In this document: one piece after another, positions 17,711 through 27,320 of the stretch
Layout of the letters: every line of letters starts with the position of its first letter
Numbering within the stretch: the stretch's first letter is position 1
Source: a plasmid
Sequence record: NZ_CP035505.1
Strand: one strand, 5' to 3'
Length of the DNA stretch: 32,758 bases
Notes under the pieces: model-generated
What the model saw: the letters and a program-made list of their open reading frames with translations, nothing else
Told to the model about the DNA's origin: nothing
The model's database searches: none
Made by a program: the position numbers and the translations under genes

Positions 17711-17938
17711 ATGACTGATCTTTCAGGTGTCAAGGATTGGGCAATCCTCACCGTCGGCAATTTGTTCATCATCATCTTGCTGATCCGCGTCATAGGCGCA
17801 TGGGCCAAGCGCGAATGGGGTGACCTGTTCACCAACCTGGTGGTCGCGGTCATTATCGCTTTCCTGGTCTACGCCAACGACTCCGCGGTGGCCCTGCTCA
17901 AGCAGTTGGCCAACCTCGCCTTCGGAACCGGATCGTAA
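17711..17938 (+). CDS. Small membrane protein (two TM helices), T4SS accessory (TcpD/pilin-like position)
   Basis: RBS GGAACGGAG before ATG 17711. 75 aa with two hydrophobic helices (ILTVGNLFIIILLIRVIGAWA; LVVAVIIAFLVYA). The longer ORF-track start at 17654 overlaps the upstream gene and is rejected. Confidence 0.5.
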   Translation: MTDLSGVKDWAILTVGNLFIIILLIRVIGAWAKREWGDLFTNLVVAVIIAFLVYANDSAVALLKQLANLAFGTGS

Positions 17939-17947
17939 GGACAGCTC

Positions 17948-18583
17948 ATGAGCACGTACAAGGCGCGGGTCGTCACCAAGCAATTCAAGATCGAGACCCG
18001 CCAACACGAGCTGTTCGGTCTAGATCTCGGAGAGGGCCCGCGCCGGCGCGACCTAGGACTTGGGCTGATCATCATTCCCGTCTGGGTCGGCTTCATGTGG
18101 CTACTACTGGGACCGCCCGAGAAGTACACGATGCTGCTGTACATGGCCCCGCCCGTGCTGATGCTCATGTACGGCATTCAGGAAAACAGCTCCAATCCGC
18201 GGAGGATGAACGCCACCGTGTGGTTGCTGACCTTGCGTTATGGCCTGGTGGGACACCGCCCCATCATCCGCGGGGGAGCCAGGCCGGCCAGCCGCCAGGA
18301 GTACATCTCGTTTACTGATCGGTGGCCCATCCACCGCATCGCCCCAGCTCTCGGAATGAAGCACCTGGTAAATACGGACGGCACGCTGAACTGGACCGAG
18401 GTAGCGAACATCCCCGGTCTGGGCTGGACCGCTCGCTACGCAACACGTGATCACGACCGCTCCAAACGCCCGTCCGGGCCGCCGGTAGCGATGCGACCCA
18501 CCGTCTACCTCTACTCCACTGAGGAAATCGCAGCGGTCGCTCATCGACAAAAAGCCAAGCGGGAGAAGAAGACGAAAGCATGA
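17948..18583 (+). CDS. Membrane protein of T4SS (VirB3/TcpE-like position, two TM helices)
   Basis: 211 aa. The hydrophobic hairpin LGLGLIIIPVWVGFMWLLLGPPEKYTMLLYMAPPVLMLMYGI sits immediately upstream of, and overlapping by ATGA, the VirB4-like ATPase. That is the typical VirB3-VirB4 arrangement. Confidence 0.5.
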   Translation: MSTYKARVVTKQFKIETRQHELFGLDLGEGPRRRDLGLGLIIIPVWVGFMWLLLGPPEKYTMLLYMAPPVLMLMYGIQENSSNPRRMNATVWLLTLRYGLVGHRPIIRGGARPASRQEYISFTDRWPIHRIAPALGMKHLVNTDGTLNWTEVANIPGLGWTARYATRDHDRSKRPSGPPVAMRPTVYLYSTEEIAAVAHRQKAKREKKTKA

Positions 18584-21147
18584 AAATCACCAAGCGCATC
18601 AAGGCACTGGTTGGCTTCGATGAGGCCCGCCAGGCCCCGCCGCCGGCCTACCACACCATCACCGACGGGCTACTGATCACTGCGACAAAAGCTGAGGCGT
18701 GGTATGACCTCGCCACTGCCAATCTCGATACAGCCACGACCGACGAGAAGCTCGACAACCTCGATGCCGTGATGACCGCTGTAGGGAAGGCCCTGGGAGA
18801 CCGTCACTGTCACCTCAAGCTCATGTGGGGCCGATACGACGGGCGCGCGTACTACGAGGATGTGCAGAACCTCTACGACGGCGGTTTGGGCGAGGGTCGG
18901 AAGTGGGCCCAGATGTGGGCCGAGCGTATCGACGCGCTGGGGCTGCCCGAACGTCATCTCATGCTGGGGGTGACCATCGAGCTACGCGGGGGAGCCGCTG
19001 CCGCCAGCGTGAAACGCACCGCCAACGCCGCGGTGGGGGAAAACCCCGACCGGCTCAGCGATAAGGAGCTGGCGGATTACCAGATCATCGCCCGGCGCAT
19101 CATGAAGGCCCTGGGCTCGTGCCCGTTGCGCGCCCGGCAGGCGACCGCGGAAAAAATCGCCTGGATGATCGGTCGCGAGACCGCCCGGGTCAAGCAGACT
19201 GTGCCCCGAGACGGGCAGATCAAGGGCGCCCGTCTCTCACACCTGCTCTCGTCCAAAGCGGTGCCCTATGCCGATCACCTGGAAGTCCTCACTGAATCCG
19301 GGGAGGTTGGGATGTACACCGCGGTGCTGCCGATCATTGACTTTCCCGACGAGTACGAAATCCCGGGGGAAGCCGAGTGGCTACGCACACTTTCGACGAT
19401 CACCAAGCTGGCCGAGACCGGTACGGACGAGGCCGGAGAACCGATCTTCGAGGAAGTGCCGGTATTTGCCGATGCTTCCGTACGCTTCCAAGGAGTGCCC
19501 CGCCGGGCGGCGCTGAAAATGGCCGACGAGGCCCGCCGCACGGCCAAGGAGCAGCGCCGCTCCGCTGCGAAGCATTCCGCCGGGGAAGTATCGACCGAGG
19601 TTGAGGACGCCGAGACCGACAACGAGCAGCTCAAGGTCGATATCAAGCGCAACGGCACGTCTCTGGTCGTGCATCACCCGCGGCTGATCGTCACGGCCAC
19701 CTCCAAGGAGGATCTCGAGGACAACGCCCAAGCTCTCATCAACCATTACGCGGACTTGGGAATCACGGTGACCCGCGGGGAAGACGAGCAACGCGACTTC
19801 TGGCTTGAGCTGCTTCCTGGCGACGCACTAAGAGTGTCCGACCTAGGCCAAACCGTCACCGATGTCGCCTTCTGGGGCTCGTTCTTCTGGGCTGGGTCCA
19901 AGGTGGGCGACGCCCACGGCGGCATCAGCGGCATGACCACAGGCACCACCGCCAGCCTGTTCCGCTCCAACGTGCTCGGAGCCGCCGACCGCGGCGACAC
20001 CACGACCACCCTCTACGGCGGCCGGTCAGGTCGAGGTAAATCCACCGCCATGATGATCGAGCTGCTCAGCGCCATTCAGGAGGGCCCCGAACCGGCGTGG
20101 GCGACCTTGGTCGACGCCAAGGGTGACCTTGGTGGGCTCATCAGCGTGTGCGAAACCTTGGGCATCCCTAACGGCCTGGTGCAGATCGATGAGAAGAACA
20201 GCGGCGCCGCCGACATGTTCCGGGCCGTGGAGCCGGCCGCGGCGCCGGCCGCGGTGCAGCGTCAGCTCGCGCTCATGGCTATGGACGCCGACCACGTCGC
20301 AATCGCGGCGTCCTCCACGCTGCGCTACGCCACCGAGGAAGCCAAGGAATCCGACACCCCATCAACCTATGGAGTGATCCAGCGGATGATGCGAGATGAG
20401 GAAAAGCCCGTTGCATCCTTCGGCCGTTATCTCAACGATCTGGCCGAAGACCCGCTGGGCAAGATCGTCTTGGGACCGCCCACCGGCGAGACGTTCCTGA
20501 CGGATCAGGCAGGGCTGTGGCTGCTGCAAGTTCCCCGGCTGTCGCTGCCCGACGCCCACAGCATGCAAAGTGACTGGGATGCCTACAACCGGCTGTCCAT
20601 GGCGGTGCTGCAAGGCATCACCACCTACGCCCTGGCCATTTCATCGTCCAAGCCGCTGCGCTCCCGTCGTAAGGGCGTGGCGATCCCGGAATGTCACCTG
20701 TTCCTCAACGCCCACGGCGGGGCAGGGTTCCTCGATCAAATCGCGCGTATGGGACGCGCGTTCAACACGTCCTTGATCCTCGATACCCAGGACTGTACCT
20801 CTATCGCGGAGGTTCCCGGACTGGTCGAACAACTTCAAGGAGTGCGGATCTTCCAGCTCACGTCGGAGCAACAGCAAGATGCGGCGTCCAAGCTGCTGGG
20901 CTTGAAGCCAGACGCCAGCACCCGGCGCATGATTCACGGACTGGCGCGCATCGAGGGCGCCGATGTGCTTCGCAAGGGACACGCCCTGGTGCGCGACTGG
21001 TTGGAGAACGTGGCCACCGTCCAATTTGATTACCCCTCACCGGAGGTAGCCGAGGCCATGAGCACAGACCCGAACGCGAAATCCAACCGGTACGTCGAAG
21101 ATCCCGAGGATGCAGAATCCCTCACCACCCAGGAGGTCATGGCATGA
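18580..21147 (+). CDS. VirB4/TcpF-like conjugative T4SS ATPase
   Basis: 855 aa. Walker A GGRSGRGKST and a hydrophobic-D/Q Walker B-like LILDTQD. Its size and position in a cluster with VirB6-like, hydrolase and coupling protein genes support the call. Confidence 0.7.
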   Translation: MKITKRIKALVGFDEARQAPPPAYHTITDGLLITATKAEAWYDLATANLDTATTDEKLDNLDAVMTAVGKALGDRHCHLKLMWGRYDGRAYYEDVQNLYDGGLGEGRKWAQMWAERIDALGLPERHLMLGVTIELRGGAAAASVKRTANAAVGENPDRLSDKELADYQIIARRIMKALGSCPLRARQATAEKIAWMIGRETARVKQTVPRDGQIKGARLSHLLSSKAVPYADHLEVLTESGEVGMYTAVLPIIDFPDEYEIPGEAEWLRTLSTITKLAETGTDEAGEPIFEEVPVFADASVRFQGVPRRAALKMADEARRTAKEQRRSAAKHSAGEVSTEVEDAETDNEQLKVDIKRNGTSLVVHHPRLIVTATSKEDLEDNAQALINHYADLGITVTRGEDEQRDFWLELLPGDALRVSDLGQTVTDVAFWGSFFWAGSKVGDAHGGISGMTTGTTASLFRSNVLGAADRGDTTTTLYGGRSGRGKSTAMMIELLSAIQEGPEPAWATLVDAKGDLGGLISVCETLGIPNGLVQIDEKNSGAADMFRAVEPAAAPAAVQRQLALMAMDADHVAIAASSTLRYATEEAKESDTPSTYGVIQRMMRDEEKPVASFGRYLNDLAEDPLGKIVLGPPTGETFLTDQAGLWLLQVPRLSLPDAHSMQSDWDAYNRLSMAVLQGITTYALAISSSKPLRSRRKGVAIPECHLFLNAHGGAGFLDQIARMGRAFNTSLILDTQDCTSIAEVPGLVEQLQGVRIFQLTSEQQQDAASKLLGLKPDASTRRMIHGLARIEGADVLRKGHALVRDWLENVATVQFDYPSPEVAEAMSTDPNAKSNRYVEDPEDAESLTTQEVMA

Positions 21148-21572
21148 GCTACGCACCGTCCCCCATCACCCGCACAGCTCTTGTCGTGCCGCTGCTTGCG
21201 TGTGCGCTCGTGGGCTGTTCAGGCGACAAAGACGCCGCCGGCGACGCCGCGGTTCGATTCGTGCAGGGCACTTACGTGCAGCAATGCGAACTCACCCACC
21301 CTGACCGCGGCGGAGCGGCCACCAACTGCGATTCACGCAAGAACGAGTCCGTCTGGCCCGGACACCCCACAGAGATCACCGCCACGGAGGAATGGAAGGG
21401 CGGCTACGCGGTCACCATTCCCGACAGCACCGGAGCTCAAGACGTCTTCGGAATGCTCAAGGACGGCGAGCAATGGAAAGTCGCCAACTTCGACACCGTG
21501 GACGCACAAGACGCCGCCACCGATAATCCCGCCTGCCACGCGCTGAGCGAGGACGACGGGAAGGACTGCTAG
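21144..21572 (+). CDS. Lipoprotein (T4SS-associated)
   Basis: ATG overlaps the VirB4 stop (ATGA). The signal peptide ends in lipobox LVGC|SG. Confidence 0.6.
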   Translation: MSYAPSPITRTALVVPLLACALVGCSGDKDAAGDAAVRFVQGTYVQQCELTHPDRGGAATNCDSRKNESVWPGHPTEITATEEWKGGYAVTIPDSTGAQDVFGMLKDGEQWKVANFDTVDAQDAATDNPACHALSEDDGKDC

Positions 21573-21577
21573 AGACC

Positions 21578-23785
21578 ATGACGACGCCCACTTCTGTGCC
21601 CCCCGCCCCGCGCTGGGCTACCAAGACCCTCGCCTTCACCCAGATGATGTGGCGATACCTCCCCCTGGTGTACCTCGCGCGCATTCTGCGCGGGATGACT
21701 GCGCGGCAGTGGAAAATTTTCGCCGTCGTCTTCACCCTGACCTTCCTACTCGGCACGGGCATGGCAGTAGCCGCCGACGACAACGCCGGCAGCGCGGACA
21801 TGGGCTGGTCCAGCTTCGTGCCGCTTCAGGACTACTCACACGGCGGCGGCAAGACACTCGTGGAGGACATTCCCACCAGCCGCTACTTCATTGACGATGA
21901 GGTGGACGGGAACATCGTCAACGCGGTCACCGCGGCCGGCAACGGCCTCGCTGACACGCTGTTCATCACTACTGTGTCCATCGCCTGGGTCGTGGTGGCG
22001 ATCATCAGTTGGCTGCTGGGCACCAGCGACGTCGGCAATGACACCTTCAACCTGACCCAGCTCATCGGCAACGCCTCGGCCGAGACAATGGGGTGGCTGT
22101 TCCCCACCTGCTTGGCGATCGCCGCCGTTGCCGTGTGGGTTGATCACAGGCGAGAGCGCACCGGTCTCAACGGCATCTTCACCGTCTTGATCCTTGCGGT
22201 CATCGCCACAGGCTTCACCCTCTTCCCCGGGGTGTTCGTCAAGGGCCTCGAGACCGTGCGGGCCGGCGGCCAGGCCGTTGTTACGTCTGTGATGCCGGAG
22301 GACCAGACCGGCACCCAGTTGCCATTCGAGTACGGAAACCCGGACTACTCCCAGAACACCGACACCGAGGCATTCACCCGCCAGGTCACCGATACCGTCT
22401 GGCGCGCAGCGGTCGTCACCCCGTGGTGCATGGTGGAATTCGGCAGCATCGACGTGTGCCAGAAGTATGGCAAGGAGATGCTGACCCGCGCGTCCCGGGA
22501 TGAGCGCACCGATGACGTCATCAAGAAGCAGATGTACAAGGACGAGTCCATCGGTGGTAAGAACGGCGACGCCGGCCAATGGGTTCATGGAGAGATGTGG
22601 ACCCAACGCCTCGGTATGGCCGTGCTGGGCCTAGTGGTATGCCTACTGATGGTGTTTTTGGTGGCCACGCTCGTGTTCAGTGCCGTCATCGCCCTCGTGC
22701 AATCCCTGCTCCTGCTGGTCATGGGGGTGCTGTTCCTGGTCCTGGGGATGATCCCTGGGCCGCCTCGCCAGTGGTGCCGTAACTGGGCTGTGGCCCTGTC
22801 CGCGGCTGTCCTGGCAAACATCGTTTCCATGCTGCTGCTCGTGGTCGCTCTGGGCGCGATCACCACAATTTTCAGTAGCCCCGATGTGGTGTGGTTCAAG
22901 GCTTACGGGCTATCCATCCTCACCCTTCTGGCCGCGCTGGGAATCCGCAGCATGATCCAGCGGATCGTGGATTACCAAAGCGACGCCACCGGCGCCGGGG
23001 CCGGGGGGCGGATCATGCGCATGCTGATGATGCGCCAACTGTTCCGCGTCACCAATCGATCCCACAGCAAGACCGCCGCCCCCACAGGTGCAGGCAAGGG
23101 CCGATCCAGTGACAAGACGCGAAGCGCGCAGGCCGGCCCCACCGGGGCGGCCACACCGCGGCGCGGCAGTCGCGATGTGGTCTCCACACGGATCAGCCAG
23201 GCAAACAACCGCCGTCAGCCGGACGCACAGACCTCAACGGCACGGGGCGGCGCCCACGGCGCCGAGCGCGGAACGGCCGCCGAGACTCGTCATCAACGGG
23301 CCACCACCCGCGCCGGCTCGACGGCAGGAGCGCAACGCGCAGATCGGGCCCAGCACACGGCCGGCCGGCGCCAGGCCGCACAGGGCTCCCATGCCGCCCC
23401 CCAACGGCGTGGCGCGCCAGCCCAAGGCGACAGCAGCTCGCGCACGGAAACAGCACCTTCGCATGCAGCGCCTTCGCGTGCGGCAACCCACTCGGCTCCG
23501 CCCAGGCGTGGTGCGCCGGCCCAAGGCGGCAGCAGCTCGCGCACAGAGACAGCACCTTCACGCGCAGCATCCTCCCGGCCGAGCACGCAGCGGGACCGCA
23601 ACACGAGCGCGCCAGCGGCCGAAGCGCCGGGCGCTCGACCGGCGCCGCAGCCCAAGAAGCGACCGGACGCGCGCATTGATGCCGCCAGCGGGTTACGGGG
23701 CGGACCTCGCACCGTCGCACCGCGTCAAACGAAACCGAACCAGACTGAATCCCCCCGCCGTGCGCGTCAGACTAGGAAGGGCTAA
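21578..23785 (+). CDS. VirB6/TcpH-like polytopic membrane protein with long disordered Arg/Ala/Ser/Thr-rich C-terminal tail
   Basis: 735 aa with at least 6-8 hydrophobic helices in the first ~470 aa. The C-terminal ~260 aa are low complexity and contain a 33-aa tandem repeat. Large polytopic proteins of this kind follow VirB4 in Gram-positive T4SS loci. Confidence 0.55.
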   Translation: MTTPTSVPPAPRWATKTLAFTQMMWRYLPLVYLARILRGMTARQWKIFAVVFTLTFLLGTGMAVAADDNAGSADMGWSSFVPLQDYSHGGGKTLVEDIPTSRYFIDDEVDGNIVNAVTAAGNGLADTLFITTVSIAWVVVAIISWLLGTSDVGNDTFNLTQLIGNASAETMGWLFPTCLAIAAVAVWVDHRRERTGLNGIFTVLILAVIATGFTLFPGVFVKGLETVRAGGQAVVTSVMPEDQTGTQLPFEYGNPDYSQNTDTEAFTRQVTDTVWRAAVVTPWCMVEFGSIDVCQKYGKEMLTRASRDERTDDVIKKQMYKDESIGGKNGDAGQWVHGEMWTQRLGMAVLGLVVCLLMVFLVATLVFSAVIALVQSLLLLVMGVLFLVLGMIPGPPRQWCRNWAVALSAAVLANIVSMLLLVVALGAITTIFSSPDVVWFKAYGLSILTLLAALGIRSMIQRIVDYQSDATGAGAGGRIMRMLMMRQLFRVTNRSHSKTAAPTGAGKGRSSDKTRSAQAGPTGAATPRRGSRDVVSTRISQANNRRQPDAQTSTARGGAHGAERGTAAETRHQRATTRAGSTAGAQRADRAQHTAGRRQAAQGSHAAPQRRGAPAQGDSSSRTETAPSHAAPSRAATHSAPPRRGAPAQGGSSSRTETAPSRAASSRPSTQRDRNTSAPAAEAPGARPAPQPKKRPDARIDAASGLRGGPRTVAPRQTKPNQTESPRRARQTRKG
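23400..23590. repeat. ~99-bp tandem duplication (about 1.9 copies) inside the VirB6-like gene tail
   Basis: GGCGTGGCGCGCCAGCCCAAGGCGACAGCAGCTCGCGCACGGAAACAGCACCTTC... is repeated 99 bp later with a few substitutions. It encodes PRRGAPAQG(D/G)SSSRTETAPS. Confidence 0.5.
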
Positions 23786-23790
23786 CCCCC

Positions 23791-24528
23791 ATGGCACGTG
23801 ACGAACTGGAAGCCTTCGATGACCTCGAAGAATCTGAACCTGGCAGATCTAGCCACCAATGGCAGCCCCTGGAAGCTGAGCAGCAGGCGGCCCCTCCCTC
23901 ACGGCGCGGCCGCACCCTGCTCATCGTGGTGCTGGTGGCCGCCGTGGCCGCTTTGGTGGTGTGGCGTCTATGGCCCGAGGCAGCGACGCCGGCCGAGGGG
24001 GACACCGCCCCGGCGGCGGCGGTAGCCACCAGAGCCACCAGCTCCCCAACGTCCACCTACGTGGACGGCAATGGTCCCCAAGCAGTCGAAACCGCCGGCG
24101 CGCCGGCGCCGAGCCAGGTCTCGATCCCGGCGCCGGCGGCTCCCAAGGTCAAGACCAGTGACCCCGAATCGGTGACAAAAGCTTGGGTCAGCGCGATCAA
24201 CAACCGCGACACCGACAACTTGGATCAGGTGCAGGACTGGACCCAGCCCTATTCTGCGCTGCACGATCTGGACGACCTGGACCCATACGGCGACCACGGA
24301 GCCATGGGCGGTAAGGCCCCCACGGTTACCAAATCGGTGACGCTGACGAAGAAGCCAGACGCCAAGCCCGTCGACAGCTCCACACGCCGCACGCGTCTGG
24401 CCACCGTCGTGGTGCAGTCCCACACCGGGCAGCAAACAGAGCAACGCTGGACGATCAGCACCATGAAGGACGACACGACGTGGAAGGTCACGTCCGCGTC
24501 CCTGGATTCCTGGACCGGGAAGCAGTAA
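23791..24528 (+). CDS. Bitopic membrane protein (T4SS-associated hypothetical)
   Basis: RBS GGAAGGG. Acidic N-terminus, single TM (LLIVVLVAAVAALVVW), then a ~190-aa exported domain. Confidence 0.5.
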   Translation: MARDELEAFDDLEESEPGRSSHQWQPLEAEQQAAPPSRRGRTLLIVVLVAAVAALVVWRLWPEAATPAEGDTAPAAAVATRATSSPTSTYVDGNGPQAVETAGAPAPSQVSIPAPAAPKVKTSDPESVTKAWVSAINNRDTDNLDQVQDWTQPYSALHDLDDLDPYGDHGAMGGKAPTVTKSVTLTKKPDAKPVDSSTRRTRLATVVVQSHTGQQTEQRWTISTMKDDTTWKVTSASLDSWTGKQ

Positions 24529-24531
24529 ACG

Positions 24532-25824
24532 ATGCCGACCGGACGGGATATCGCAGGTCTCCTTGTACGCGGCATAGCCGCGAAGCTGCTGGGCAAGTGG
24601 CTCCTGATCCCGGCTGCGCTGCTCCTTGTGCTCGCGCTCCTATCTGTGGCCGTGCTGATGATGGGATCGGCAGGTCAAGACCAGTCCAGCCGCAGCAGCG
24701 GATGTGAAGCCCCCGGGCACAACTCTCAAGCGGTCAGTGCCAACAGCGGCACGTCCTACGGCGGCACCGCAAAAGATCAAGCCTCCCAAGTGGAAATCAT
24801 CAAGAAGATCGACGCCGGCGTAAAGGAGCTGGGCTACAGCGGCAAGGTCACCCGCCTGGTCTCCATCGCCGCCATGGGCGAAAGCACCCTGGAAAACATC
24901 AGCTATGGGGACAACGCCATAAACCCGGACGGCTCCGTGGCCGACTCCATCGGCATCTTGCAACAGCAATCCAACTGGGGCTCGAAAGAGCAGCGCATGG
25001 ACCCGAAAACCGCGGCCAAGCTGTTCGTGCTCGGCCCACATATGAAGGGCGGCGGTCTAGCTGACGTAGCCAACTGGGAAAGCCTGAGCGAGTCCGTAGC
25101 GATCAACAAAGTGCAGATCAACCAAGATCCGCTGCACTACGAGCGCGAAGGCCGCATCCAGTACACAGATCAGATCATCGCCAAGGCCGGCATCGACGTT
25201 TCTCGTTCCGGGAAGACTCACGGCGACGCTGCCACGGAGGCTGACGACGACCAGGCTGCATCCACCACGGACGAGCAGGACACGGACTTGTGCGCCGGCA
25301 GTGCGGCCGCCGGTCAACCCGGCGGAACCAGCGGGGGCAAGGATGATTACCCCATCACCGGCATTCCCGGTCCCTACGTCTACGTCGAGGACGGCGCCGG
25401 CTTCTACAAGGGCGAATGCACCAGCTACGCGATGTGGCGCTTGGCCAAGCATCTGGGAGCCAAGGACGCAAACACCGCCGCATGGCTCGTCGGTAACACC
25501 AAGGGCGGCAACGGGGCCAAGCTCGGGAACGGCGCGGAGTGGCGTGCCGGCTGGGAGGCGAGAGGCTGGACGGTCACAACGAAGCCCACAGCCAACTCCG
25601 TGGCGTGGTGGGGAGCCGGGGGCGCACAGGGAATTGGGTCCGCCGGCCATGTCGCCTGGGTGGACAAGGTTCAGGAGGACGGCAAGACGTTCGAGATCTC
25701 CGAGTACAACAACGAATATCTCGCGCCTCCCGGGCATAAGTACTCCCATCGCCCGGCCGTCACCATGGACAACCCCCAAGCGCCAAATGCATTCCTCGTC
25801 CCGCCGGCCAAGGATAAACTGTAA
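24532..25824 (+). CDS. Membrane-anchored peptidoglycan hydrolase with C-terminal CHAP (NlpC/P60-like) domain (TcpG/VirB1-like)
   Basis: N-terminal TM (LLIPAALLLVLALLSVAVLMMG). The C-terminal segment has the conserved Cys (GECTSYAMWR) and His (GHVAWVD) spacing of CHAP domains. A middle ~170-aa domain may be a second glycoside hydrolase-like module. Confidence 0.7.
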   Translation: MPTGRDIAGLLVRGIAAKLLGKWLLIPAALLLVLALLSVAVLMMGSAGQDQSSRSSGCEAPGHNSQAVSANSGTSYGGTAKDQASQVEIIKKIDAGVKELGYSGKVTRLVSIAAMGESTLENISYGDNAINPDGSVADSIGILQQQSNWGSKEQRMDPKTAAKLFVLGPHMKGGGLADVANWESLSESVAINKVQINQDPLHYEREGRIQYTDQIIAKAGIDVSRSGKTHGDAATEADDDQAASTTDEQDTDLCAGSAAAGQPGGTSGGKDDYPITGIPGPYVYVEDGAGFYKGECTSYAMWRLAKHLGAKDANTAAWLVGNTKGGNGAKLGNGAEWRAGWEARGWTVTTKPTANSVAWWGAGGAQGIGSAGHVAWVDKVQEDGKTFEISEYNNEYLAPPGHKYSHRPAVTMDNPQAPNAFLVPPAKDKL

Positions 25825-25845
25825 ATAATGCATGCAAGCATTATT
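25823..25845. promoter_or_regulatory. AT-rich near-palindrome AAATAATGCATGCAAGCATTATT upstream of the ParA-like gene
   Basis: Shares AATAATGCATGC / GCATTATT arms with the palindrome upstream of ssb. Lies between the hydrolase stop (25822-25824) and the RBS GAGAAGGAGA. Confidence 0.4.
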
Positions 25846-25859
25846 GAGAAGGAGACCTG

Positions 25860-27278
25860 ATGAACACGGCAACTGTTTCAGCCACCAAGGCGACGCTGAC
25901 CCTGGACGGGCAGCAGTACGACCAGGACGTGCCGGGGCTTGAGGACGCCCGCGTGGCCATTGTCCAGGCCGTGCACGAGCACGCCCGAAGCTATCCCTGT
26001 CGCATCGTCGTCACCGATCCCGAGGAAGGCGTCAGCGGGCTCGAGTTCGCAGAAGACGGCAGTGTGCAGCCGTTTGACCCCGACACGGAGACGTCCACTA
26101 AGGATGTCAGCTCGGACGCCGACACTACCCGGGAGCAAGCCGTCCCGGTCCTGTTGGACGACGATCACGACGACGAGCTGCTTCCTCCGGTGCCCACCCG
26201 TCCGCGCCGGCAGCGCGCGCGCCCGGCGCAGGCTCCCGCCGCGGAGGTGACGGAACAGGACGCTGGGCCGGTCGAGCAACAATCCGACGGGAAAGCGGAC
26301 GCCCCTGCGACCTTCCGGGGTTCTGAATCATCAGACGTTCCTAGTGCCAGTGATTTCTTTGCAACGAAACCTGCTACGGAAGAAGCGCCGGCGCAAAAAG
26401 GTTGGCGCGGTGCGCTTAATAGTTGGGGATTGCGCTTGGCTCCCAGCCAGGACGAGCTGGAAGAACGCGCAGCGACCCGCGACGTACAGCGCGGCGTCAC
26501 ATCGCACAAAACCGTGATGGTGGCCAACCTCAAGGGCGGGTCAGGTAAAACCACTGTCACTTATCTGTTGGCAGCGGTGCTGGGGCGGGTTCGAGGCGGG
26601 ACCGTGCTCGCATGGGACAACAACGAAAACCGCGGCACTTTGGCGTATCGGTCGCCTTATCGGGCAAACACGGCTAGTACGGCTATTGACTTGTTGCGCG
26701 AACAAGACTTCTTCGAGGGGTCCGGTCAGGTTGCCGAGTTGGTGAATTTTGTACGTCCCCAGGGGTCTAACAAATTTGATCTTCTCGCGTCCCAAGATCA
26801 GGGCAGCGACCGGCCGGTAATCGACGGGGAGGGTTTCGAATCGTTGCACTCCCTGCTGCAAACCTTCTACCGCATGATCATCGTTGATACGGGCAACGCA
26901 TCAAATGCAAGCACATGGCAGGCGGCCGCAAAGATCTCTGATCAAATCGTCATCGTGTGCGCCAATGCGGAAGACTCCGCCCAGACGGCGGCCGAAACCA
27001 TTGACGCACTGATTAAATCCGGTCACGGGGCGACGGTGAAAAATTCGGTTGCCCTTGTGGTTGATGCCCAGCCCCAACGAGATAAAGCGAAGCGGCAGGC
27101 AGCGGAACAGCGATTGCAGAGGATCACGGATCATTTCTCCCACCATGTGCGGGCTGTGCATGTCCTGCCATGGGAAACCACCCTGAATGACGGGGAGCGT
27201 ATCGAGTGGGAAAGTCTGTCGAAGCGCACCCATAAGGTAATGCTCAATGCGGCCGCGTCGATCATGAATGGGATGTAG
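25860..27278 (+). CDS. ParA/MinD-family ATPase with ~230-aa acidic disordered N-terminal extension
   Basis: C-terminal half has the deviant Walker A LKGGSGKTTVTYLLAAVLG plus IVDTGN (Walker B/switch-like). The N-terminal half is D/E/P-rich with no recognisable domain. Confidence 0.65.
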   Translation: MNTATVSATKATLTLDGQQYDQDVPGLEDARVAIVQAVHEHARSYPCRIVVTDPEEGVSGLEFAEDGSVQPFDPDTETSTKDVSSDADTTREQAVPVLLDDDHDDELLPPVPTRPRRQRARPAQAPAAEVTEQDAGPVEQQSDGKADAPATFRGSESSDVPSASDFFATKPATEEAPAQKGWRGALNSWGLRLAPSQDELEERAATRDVQRGVTSHKTVMVANLKGGSGKTTVTYLLAAVLGRVRGGTVLAWDNNENRGTLAYRSPYRANTASTAIDLLREQDFFEGSGQVAELVNFVRPQGSNKFDLLASQDQGSDRPVIDGEGFESLHSLLQTFYRMIIVDTGNASNASTWQAAAKISDQIVIVCANAEDSAQTAAETIDALIKSGHGATVKNSVALVVDAQPQRDKAKRQAAEQRLQRITDHFSHHVRAVHVLPWETTLNDGERIEWESLSKRTHKVMLNAAASIMNGM

Positions 27279-27320
27279 ACTGTACCCCGATAGGGGGACG
27301 GCAACCGGGGGGTTGAGGCA

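Noticed and set aside
16891-21024. Multiple minus-strand ORFs (e.g. 16891-17412, 18104-18550, 19381-19791, 20641-21024) inside the T4SS genes
   Set aside because: All are antisense to long, motif-bearing plus-strand genes (Walker boxes, TM helices) and show GC-rich junk composition.
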